This document shows, piece by piece, positions 57,432 to 64,000 of a stretch of 64,000 nt of DNA. The stretch is from a virus, in the IMG/VR virus record IMGVR_UViG_3300032294_002706, positions 65,693 to 129,692 of that record. One strand, given 5' to 3'. The notes under the pieces were generated by a model. That model did not search any database. It saw nothing but the letters and a program-made list of their open reading frames with translations, and had not been told where the DNA came from. Each line of letters starts with the position of its first letter. Position 1 is the stretch's first letter. The translations under genes were made by a program, and so were the position numbers.

Positions 57432-58193
57432 TTAACAATAAACCCAATCTATAAATTTTGGATTTAATAATCTAGCTCTAATTGTTGTAACTGGCATAGT
57501 TAATAGCTCTGACGCTTTGTGTAAACTTTCATACTCAATGCCACTTATTGATATTTTTCTTTTATTTGGACTGGGTCTACCTTTACTGGCTTTTCCTATA
57601 TTTTCTCTATGTTTATCTGAAAATGGTCCAGTCTTTTTACCTTTAAATCTATCCGACGTTAATTTTCGCCCTCTTTCTGATTTATTAAATAAAATTAATT
57701 TTTCAGTATTTTTAAGCCTAGCTTCTTTTTCTTTATTAGTATACCCACTAGCTTTCATTCTATCTTTTTTAGTAATTGCAGCTTTAACACCAACTGACTT
57801 TCTACTTTCAGGACTAATTTTTGAATTGTGAATTTTCATAAGTTCACAAAATTTAGGAGTGCGTTTCTTTCCAGTATTTTTAATTCTACGTTTTTCAATT
57901 ATTTCATCTCGATTAGGGTGGTTAGTTGTAGTATCACCGCCGGTTCCTCCGTCTGTTATATTATATCCACTGTGTTGAGATCCTAGTTCTTTTATCCAAA
58001 ATTTTTCTCTATTTGATAATTGCTCAAAGGTTTCACAAACTTCGAGTATTTCTTTCGTAAATGAAGAAATTCCATATTTATTAATTGCTTGCTTAATTAA
58101 TTTACCTGATCCGAAATAGTTTTTTTGATTTTTGACACTTTTACCGACATATATTTTACCATTTATTAAATTAGTTATTTTGTATATGACCAT
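57432..58193 (-). CDS. GIY-YIG homing endonuclease
   Basis: VIYKITN...IYVG, YFGSG, GYN..DGG; NUMOD3-like repeats; C-terminal HTH; AT-rich. Confidence 0.9.
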   Translation of the reverse strand: MVIYKITNLINGKIYVGKSVKNQKNYFGSGKLIKQAINKYGISSFTKEILEVCETFEQLSNREKFWIKELGSQHSGYNITDGGTGGDTTTNHPNRDEIIEKRRIKNTGKKRTPKFCELMKIHNSKISPESRKSVGVKAAITKKDRMKASGYTNKEKEARLKNTEKLILFNKSERGRKLTSDRFKGKKTGPFSDKHRENIGKASKGRPSPNKRKISISGIEYESLHKASELLTMPVTTIRARLLNPKFIDWVYC

Positions 58194-58235
58194 TTGACTG
58201 ACTCTTTTATTTTATATATATGAGACATCGTGGTG

Positions 58236-59972
58236 TTACCTATATACCACACGTAGCCGTTCTCTAAAATTTGATCCAGTTAACGCAGTTGGGTCTCTTA
58301 ATACATCAGCTAGACACCCATCTAAGAAATATGTTATAGCCCAATCATTTGGGGTTCGGATTGACCTACCAATTCCTTGAGCAATACTAACTTCGGTCTT
58401 CCAGTTATACCATTTTTGACTGTATTCCAATTTTGCAGCAACGTACTTATCACCAAGGTGAGGATACGGCACCTTTAGGAATATTTGGAATCTGCTGTGA
58501 TCATCGACCATGTTCAGACCCTCAAGAATTGACGGTCCCATTAGGACCATGCCCTTCTTTTTAATCATTTTCTTTAGTGCAAGTTCCTTTTCACCGGAAC
58601 CTTTATAGAGTAGAATGCGTTTCTTAACATCCTTGGGAAGGCCATTAAAAATCTTAGTATTCAATTCATAAGAACCGGAATGGATGATCCCAGAGTCCTC
58701 AGAGTGCTCACGAATGATTCTGGTTACCGTATCTATTGCCCATTGTAAATTGTCATTCAAGAATCGGGCTGACATTTTCTTACCTGGGTAAAAAATGATC
58801 GGTGACCGCTCCCAATTGAAGTTACTTTCAATCTTGAAGTACTTTGCTTTTTTGATTCCATGATTTCTCATGAAGTCTCCAGCTCCTCCCATTGTTGCAG
58901 TCATCAACAATTTGAACCCGAACTTCGTAAAGAAGTGTTTTTGTAATAAGTAGTACTCATCGATGCAGTTAAATGTGATCGATTTCTCTCCAGGATTCTT
59001 TACAAGCTTTTCAAGACCTACCTTGTCAATAATATCACAATAGTCTTCTAATTTACAGTGAACGTCCTTACACCAATCGGCTAGATTAAAAACTGCAAGC
59101 CATTCTAGCGGAAGGCTTTCATCAACGAACTCCTCTGCCGCGTTTTCTCTGATTTGTGAGGTTGACTTTACCAAGTCGGCTAGCAGCCTGGTCACTTCTC
59201 TAAGCAGTTTAAGTAGAGTTGAATGATCTTCGTGCTCGTAAATTAAATTGATTGCCTTTTCCAATCGCTTGAAGTCAACGGATGGCGGCCTTTGTCCAAT
59301 ATCTCCCAAACCTTCAACTAATTTTTGAGTTTTACCGACTATTTCAGTTGAAACGATTGGGCTGAAATGGCTCTGTACAATATCTAGGAGTTTGTGAGCC
59401 TCATCGCATATCACGAAATCTCTTTGTGGAAATGGTGATCCTCTACCCGTGCCTTGCTGCTGGGCCTCAACATAATTTCTTTGAATCAAGGCATACGGAT
59501 AGGTTAACAGAGCCACTGGAGATTTAATAGCCTTTTTGCGTGAAGTTAAGTAACCGCATTGCTTGAAACACGGCAAGGCTTCAGCAGCCTCATAGCTCGT
59601 TCCCTTGTTCTTGCACTCACCGACTGAGAATTTCTCACCATTCACCGCACACGTGTAATTATCAACACCCTTGATGTTGCCCCAATTCCAGAGCTGCATT
59701 TTACGAAAGTCCTTTACGTACTGTTCGTGCAAAGAAAGGTCAGAGGCTAAAATATAGCCTCGATTACCCTTGAATGCCAAAAAATCCGCGAATAACATTG
59801 CAATTACTGACTTACCTGAACCGGTTGGAGCATCAAGCAGATAGATTCCGTTTGGATCCTCCTCATAGGCTTCGATAATATCAAGAATTGCCTCTTGTTG
59901 TTGCGGTCTGAACTCCAATCCTGGGTGCTTGCCCTTCACGAACTGTTCAAACTCTGCTTTTAGTTTACCCAT
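58236..59972 (-). CDS. DinG/XPD-like SF2 helicase
   Basis: RPQQ, APTGSGKS, four Cys (Fe-S-like), DEAH, MTAT, LKVPYP, QGIGRSIR. Confidence 0.85.
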   Translation of the reverse strand: MGKLKAEFEQFVKGKHPGLEFRPQQQEAILDIIEAYEEDPNGIYLLDAPTGSGKSVIAMLFADFLAFKGNRGYILASDLSLHEQYVKDFRKMQLWNWGNIKGVDNYTCAVNGEKFSVGECKNKGTSYEAAEALPCFKQCGYLTSRKKAIKSPVALLTYPYALIQRNYVEAQQQGTGRGSPFPQRDFVICDEAHKLLDIVQSHFSPIVSTEIVGKTQKLVEGLGDIGQRPPSVDFKRLEKAINLIYEHEDHSTLLKLLREVTRLLADLVKSTSQIRENAAEEFVDESLPLEWLAVFNLADWCKDVHCKLEDYCDIIDKVGLEKLVKNPGEKSITFNCIDEYYLLQKHFFTKFGFKLLMTATMGGAGDFMRNHGIKKAKYFKIESNFNWERSPIIFYPGKKMSARFLNDNLQWAIDTVTRIIREHSEDSGIIHSGSYELNTKIFNGLPKDVKKRILLYKGSGEKELALKKMIKKKGMVLMGPSILEGLNMVDDHSRFQIFLKVPYPHLGDKYVAAKLEYSQKWYNWKTEVSIAQGIGRSIRTPNDWAITYFLDGCLADVLRDPTALTGSNFRERLRVVYR

Positions 59973-60336
59973 TTTTTAATTCTACCGCTTTTATTAGTAA
60001 ACTTGCCGTTGCATAGTTGGTTGCAATCGGAATATTGTGCACATTACATAAGCGCAACAGCATTTGCACATCGACCTCATGTGGATGTGATGAGAGCGGA
60101 TCAATGAAGAATATCACTCCATCCACCTTGCCTTCCACTAGTTCGGCTGCAATTTGTGCATCTCCACCCTGAGGCCCTGAGAATTTTCGCTGAACGCTAA
60201 GACCTGCATGCTCAATGTGAGCACCGGTTGTGCCAGTAGCGACCAACTGATTCTGTTTAAAAAAGTCAAGACGTTTCATGATGAATGCTACCATGTCCGC
60301 CTTTTTATTATCGTGTGATATTACTGCTATTCTCAT
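59965..60336 (-). CDS. mgsA: methylglyoxal synthase
   Basis: ISHDNKK, ATGTTG, SGPQGGDAQI, FFIDPL..HPHEVDV, ATN.ATA. Confidence 0.95.
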   Translation of the reverse strand: MRIAVISHDNKKADMVAFIMKRLDFFKQNQLVATGTTGAHIEHAGLSVQRKFSGPQGGDAQIAAELVEGKVDGVIFFIDPLSSHPHEVDVQMLLRLCNVHNIPIATNYATASLLIKAVELKNG

Positions 60337-60563
60337 TTTGTTTCTACCTTTCCGTATGTTTCAATCCAGACCTTGGCTCCACATGATAGCGGAGTGTCTG
60401 GTGAATATTTTATTTTTGCTGCCGGCAAACCATCCTGCCCGTAAATGATTGCCTCATTTGCGTACTCATTCGTCTTATAGGTTTTACAAGTCAAGACCGG
60501 TCGGTTTTCGCCCTTGTTATTGGCCTTGATATTGTGTTGATTTACGTGAATTATTGTCTTCAT
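60333..60563 (-). CDS. conserved phage hypothetical protein
   Basis: IIHVNQH...YSPDTPLSCGAKVWIET. Confidence 0.6.
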   Translation of the reverse strand: MKTIIHVNQHNIKANNKGENRPVLTCKTYKTNEYANEAIIYGQDGLPAAKIKYSPDTPLSCGAKVWIETYGKVETK

Positions 60564-60565
60564 AG

Positions 60566-60886
60566 TTAAAAAGTTTCTTTATCCCAGCCGTCCTCACTGT
60601 GCATGTACTCGCAGCACGGATATTCTCGGCCAAGATCATCAATATAACACCAAACCTTTCCAGCCTCAATCCATTTCCAGTCCTTGCCTTCTTCGCCGTC
60701 CGGTAATTCAGGAGTGTCTAATGGAGGATGATATGCATTCACATCAACTGAATAATGATTGCAACTGCATCCTCTTGGCACGCAATCATCGCACGAACTT
60801 GGATTTCCACCGTCTGCGTATCCTGGCCCATAGCACCAGGTCGCAATCTTTCCGCAATCGCAGAGTTCTTTACCAGCTATCGACAT
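60566..60886 (-). CDS. Cys-rich hypothetical protein
   Basis: CDCG..A.W.Y, CDDCVPRGCSC, PCCE. Confidence 0.55.
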   Translation of the reverse strand: MSIAGKELCDCGKIATWCYGPGYADGGNPSSCDDCVPRGCSCNHYSVDVNAYHPPLDTPELPDGEEGKDWKWIEAGKVWCYIDDLGREYPCCEYMHSEDGWDKETF

Positions 60887-61073
60887 CAGTTAAGTCTATT
60901 TTTACCCTTGCAGTATGTGAGTATACTTCAATACCTTCTCCAATTCCATTTGGTGTAATCGACCAGGTTAGAAGTCCAATCTCTCCATAAATGGCTTTGA
61001 TGTGAGTGCACCACTTATCAAACTTCTTTTGCTGCTTGTTGCTTAGCTCGAGTGTTATTACTTTGTTTGCCAT
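60870..61073 (-). CDS. hypothetical protein
   Basis: TPNGIG...DLTDVDSW. Confidence 0.55.
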   Translation of the reverse strand: MANKVITLELSNKQQKKFDKWCTHIKAIYGEIGLLTWSITPNGIGEGIEVYSHTARVKIDLTDVDSW

Positions 61074-61752
61074 TGTACTGTTTAAAAATTTTACTGAACT
61101 TCTTTTCCCAGGTTTTAATTCCCTTGAGTTTATTCATTCCATCATGCAGACCGGTCGCTAAATAGGCTTGAGTCTCGTCAGCTAGTACCTTTGCCGGATA
61201 GCCTTCCTTGATTAAGAAGTCATTCAATGATTCGGTCAATTTAGTCGGCACCTGCTTCATTAGATCGGTCATGGCCGCTTTGTATTCTGGATCGGTGAAG
61301 AACCTTGCATGTGCCATCTCGTGATCCATTACCCATGAATCCAATGAGTCGACTCCAAGTAGGTAAAAATTACCTCTTCGTTGGTGTTGACGAATTTGCC
61401 ACAAGATATTCATCATGTGTTCGTCGTACGGCGTGACCATGTCAACGTCATAGGCTAGTTGACCATAGCAGCCTTCGACCTCATTACTTGGCACATTGTA
61501 GCCTGACCAATCAGCAGGATAGGAAAAGTGATCCTTGCCCCAGTGCTTTCGGTAGCGATTCATATAGGCAAAGATATTGAAGTTACGGCCTCTAAACTCC
61601 GGAAATGCAGACTCATAGTACTCTTGAGCTCTCAAAAAGAGCATTGCTCTATCGTAATCATCGGTCACTTGCACAGCGTAAATTTTTGGGGCAACCTCGT
61701 ACAGTGAGTACGTTATCATTGGTAAATCTTCTGTGTGAGATATTAATTTCAT
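61018..61752 (-). CDS. HExxH-containing hypothetical protein
   Basis: FLRAQEYYES, WSGYNVP, DHEMAH, DETQAY. Confidence 0.6.
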   Translation of the reverse strand: MKLISHTEDLPMITYSLYEVAPKIYAVQVTDDYDRAMLFLRAQEYYESAFPEFRGRNFNIFAYMNRYRKHWGKDHFSYPADWSGYNVPSNEVEGCYGQLAYDVDMVTPYDEHMMNILWQIRQHQRRGNFYLLGVDSLDSWVMDHEMAHARFFTDPEYKAAMTDLMKQVPTKLTESLNDFLIKEGYPAKVLADETQAYLATGLHDGMNKLKGIKTWEKKFSKIFKQYNGKQSNNTRAKQQAAKEV

Positions 61753-61805
61753 AATTATATTATACCAATTTTACAAATTAATAGCGTTTCATTTTACATA
61801 TTATC

Positions 61806-61831
61806 AAAAAAAAGGCAGCCGTTAAGCTGCC
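61806..61831 (-). terminator. intrinsic terminator
   Basis: GGCAGC-CGTTAA-GCTGCC with minus-strand U-tract. Confidence 0.75.
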
Positions 61832-61863
61832 AATTCTTGTCAACATCAGTTATTGTTTTTAAT

Positions 61864-62046
61864 TTACTTCAATATCTTCACCTTTTTATAGTTATCCAGG
61901 ATATAAATCTTTGCTGCTTCAACCAGGGTTTTAATCTCGGTTGAAAATTCGATGCATAGAATCTCGAAGTTTCCCTCGTTATATTTTTTACCCTCCCTAA
62001 TTACGGAAAGAACTTCTTCTTCTCTCTTTGATATGTCTACTAGCAT
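61864..62046 (-). CDS. hypothetical protein
   Basis: 60-aa ORF with A-rich start context. Confidence 0.45.
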   Translation of the reverse strand: MLVDISKREEEVLSVIREGKKYNEGNFEILCIEFSTEIKTLVEAAKIYILDNYKKVKILK

Positions 62047-62103
62047 AGTTGATATTTTAATTGTTCTACCGCAATGCTAAGTAAAATTTTCGGGGTAAAA
62101 AAA

Positions 62104-62904
62104 TTAAATTGGAAGTTTTACCCTACTTAAAAGACTATTTGAGACGTGTGTGTAAATTTCTGTTGTTTTAGAGCTGGAATGACCTGCTATTTTTTGGATA
62201 ATTCTTAAATCAGTTCCTGATTCTAATAGGTTAGTGAAAGAGGAATGTCTTAGTGTATGTATTGATGACCCGTCATCAATGTATTTTTTATAAATTTGCT
62301 GACAGCTTCGTATTGAATACAATGAAGAATTTTGCCCATTAAAAAGATAATCTGAAGGTTTATACTCTTTAAAATATTCTCTTAGCAAAGTTAAAACAGT
62401 TAATGACAGCGGAACTATCCTATCCTTTCGACCCTTTGCATTTTTAATGTGAATTATCATTCGTTTGGAATCAATGTCCTCGATTTTTAAGTTTACGATT
62501 TCAGACACCCTTAGGCCAACCGAGTAGGTTAGAGTTAGTATAGCTCTGTGCTTAATGTTTTGTATTTTAGCAAGTTTGCTCTTAATAAACTCACCATCAA
62601 TTACCCTGGGCAGTTTCTTTTCCGATTTTGGTCTTTTAAACGATACCTTATCGTATTTCTTATCGAGTCCGTACTTATATAAAAACCTTATAGCGTTAAT
62701 CACTTGGTTCTGTTGAGAAACCGAAGTGAATTTATAGTTATCCAAATAAAATTGGAAATCTTTGGAACTACAATGAATTATCTGTTTGTCATTAAGTGTA
62801 TTAAGAAAATCCCTAATATGACACATATAATTGTCTTTTGTTCTTGGTGAGTAGTTTAAATATATAAACTTTTCCTCACAAATCTTTATAATTTTTTGAT
62901 TCAA
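62104..62904 (-). CDS. tyrosine recombinase (integron-integrase/XerD-like)
   Basis: YSPRT..Y, QNQVINAIRFLY, LPRVI, GLRVSE, KGRKDR, HTLRHS, GHSSSKTTEIYTHV. Confidence 0.9.
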   Translation of the reverse strand: MNQKIIKICEEKFIYLNYSPRTKDNYMCHIRDFLNTLNDKQIIHCSSKDFQFYLDNYKFTSVSQQNQVINAIRFLYKYGLDKKYDKVSFKRPKSEKKLPRVIDGEFIKSKLAKIQNIKHRAILTLTYSVGLRVSEIVNLKIEDIDSKRMIIHIKNAKGRKDRIVPLSLTVLTLLREYFKEYKPSDYLFNGQNSSLYSIRSCQQIYKKYIDDGSSIHTLRHSSFTNLLESGTDLRIIQKIAGHSSSKTTEIYTHVSNSLLSRVKLPI

Positions 62905-62934
62905 AGTATTGGTATTAAAGGGTTTAATCTATAC

Positions 62935-62964
62935 TTGTTTATATATGATAGTTATATGCAATGC
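62935..62964 (+). mobile_element. putative attI-like junction at the start of cassette 1
   Basis: G|TTATATGCAATGC at 62951, upstream of the divergent integrase; complementary to the cassette end at 63753-63766. Confidence 0.6.
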
Positions 62965-63032
62965 TACGTTTGTGCTTCGTATTAAGTTTCGTGGTTATAG
63001 TCTTTTTGTTTTATTTTTTTTCCAACCGCACA

Positions 63033-63638
63033 TTAATAAATTTGAAGAAAAGAAGAGTTTGGTACTACTGCTGATATTGAACCTTCATCTTCGCCAATAT
63101 TAGTGTAGAAGTATCCACTTTTCGCATTACCCATTTTTAAATTTCTTAACATCATACTATTTGCACGGTCATCACTATGTGGTGTATATGGAGTATTACT
63201 CATTCTACCCATTATTTCAACAGGAAATATTATTGGGCTTGAATTAAATGGTATTGGTGTTCTATCTGAATATACTGCTCTTGTTTTTCTATCTGTTGGG
63301 TAATAATCATCTTCTGGAATATCACTACCTGAATTATATCCTGTTGTCACATAATATCCACGCTTTTTTTCAATTTCTTTTAGCCTTTTTTTACCAGCAA
63401 TTAAAGTTTTACCATATTCTCTTGTACCATCCCACTCACCTTCGGATGGCACTCCAATACGTGCTTCTAATGCTTGTGTTGCAGCAAGTTTCGTTCCAAT
63501 GTGTATTCCATTTTTTCCTTCTAAATTTTTATCAGTTGAGCCGTGATAAAAAAGTCTACCAAAATTATATCCTTCTAATATTTGTTGCTCATTCAAATAT
63601 TCACGTATAGTAGTTGCTATAAATTTTCTTAATTCCAT
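63033..63638 (-). CDS. cassette gene: ADP-ribosyltransferase-like protein with head-targeting-like leader
   Basis: MELRKFIATTIREYLNE; FYHGS, GIHIG, GYFYTN..EDEGSIS; start set to ATG 63638. Confidence 0.55.
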   Translation of the reverse strand: MELRKFIATTIREYLNEQQILEGYNFGRLFYHGSTDKNLEGKNGIHIGTKLAATQALEARIGVPSEGEWDGTREYGKTLIAGKKRLKEIEKKRGYYVTTGYNSGSDIPEDDYYPTDRKTRAVYSDRTPIPFNSSPIIFPVEIMGRMSNTPYTPHSDDRANSMMLRNLKMGNAKSGYFYTNIGEDEGSISAVVPNSSFLQIY

Positions 63639-63752
63639 ATTATTAAATAGTTTTATTATATATATATATATATATTCAAATTTTAATTTTCCACCCACAA
63701 AAATAAAACAAAAAGGTTCTGTTCTTCGATTTAAGTTAATCTCTTAAAATCC

Positions 63753-63891
63753 GCACTGCATATAACAAGGTGTATATGTAATGGTGGGTTCATCTGTAAT
63801 TTCAACATTAGTGGTTTCTATATAGTTTTGTTATTAATTAAAGTTCATCTCTTTCTATCCACCACTACATATACACCCAACCGTTATGTGC
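63753..63891 (+). mobile_element. attC-like recombination site
   Basis: ATATAAC ... GGTGTATATGTAATGGTGG (63769-63787) / CCACCACTACATATACACC (63859-63877) ... GTTATGT. Confidence 0.75.
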
Positions 63892-63893
63892 CA

Positions 63894-64000
63894 TTAAGCA
63901 GACACCTCACGAATACCAACGACAACAGGGTTTTTAGGTGTTCCGTCATCAAAATAACCATCGTGTTCTATTTCGGCAATCTTTCTATCAGTCCAATTAC
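63894..64000 (-). CDS. 3' end of a gene in cassette 2 (truncated by window)
   Basis: ...NWTDRKIAEIEHDGYFDDGTPKNPVVVGIREVSA*. Confidence 0.5.
   Translation of the reverse strand, partial: NWTDRKIAEIEHDGYFDDGTPKNPVVVGIREVSA

Noticed and set aside
57432-58235. Group I intron around the second GIY-YIG gene
   Set aside because: The helicase has a complete C-terminus and stop, and the flanks leave no room for an intron core.
63639-63698. MGGKLKFEYIYIYII N-terminal extension
   Set aside because: It is translation of the (TA)n run; the real start is more likely ATG 63638.
1-64000. Stop-codon reassignment
   Set aside because: Core genes are full length in the standard code and no suppressor tRNA was seen.
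1-64000. CRISPR array or rRNA
   Set aside because: No regularly spaced identical repeats or rRNA-like segments; the 42-nt and 57-nt periodicities are protein repeats.

Overview
This window is part of a large T4-like (myovirus) jumbo phage genome. The host is probably Bacteroidota, inferred from A-rich start regions without Shine-Dalgarno motifs and from the mgsA/ClpC/DUF2452-type genes. Standard genetic code. It carries head genes (gp23 major capsid, gp21 protease fused to a repeat scaffold, gp20 portal, gp13, gp2, gp4), baseplate genes, and replication/recombination genes (C-terminal half of a split family B polymerase, primase, UvsW/UvsY, DinG-like helicase). It also has sugar-modification genes, DnaJ, an N-domain-less ClpC, mgsA, eight tRNA genes and two GIY-YIG endonucleases. 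Main finding: a 23-codon leader ORF (54187-54258, minus; missing from the ORF track) sits directly before the tRNA array. Fifteen consecutive codons encode only the five amino acids served by the eight downstream tRNAs, and its 3' end is a perfect 10-nt antiterminator for a terminator just before the first tRNA. This looks like a ribosome-mediated attenuator that switches on phage tRNAs when the matching tRNAs run short. Other findings: an integron-like integrase/attI/attC cassette array at the right end; a T4 capsid-targeting-like motif on about 19 proteins; a homing endonuclease that replaced the helicase 3' end; a nested scaffold start; a gene bracketed by complementary UTRs; and a deletion scar in an ADP-heptose locus. 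All calls come from reading the sequence; no searches were run.
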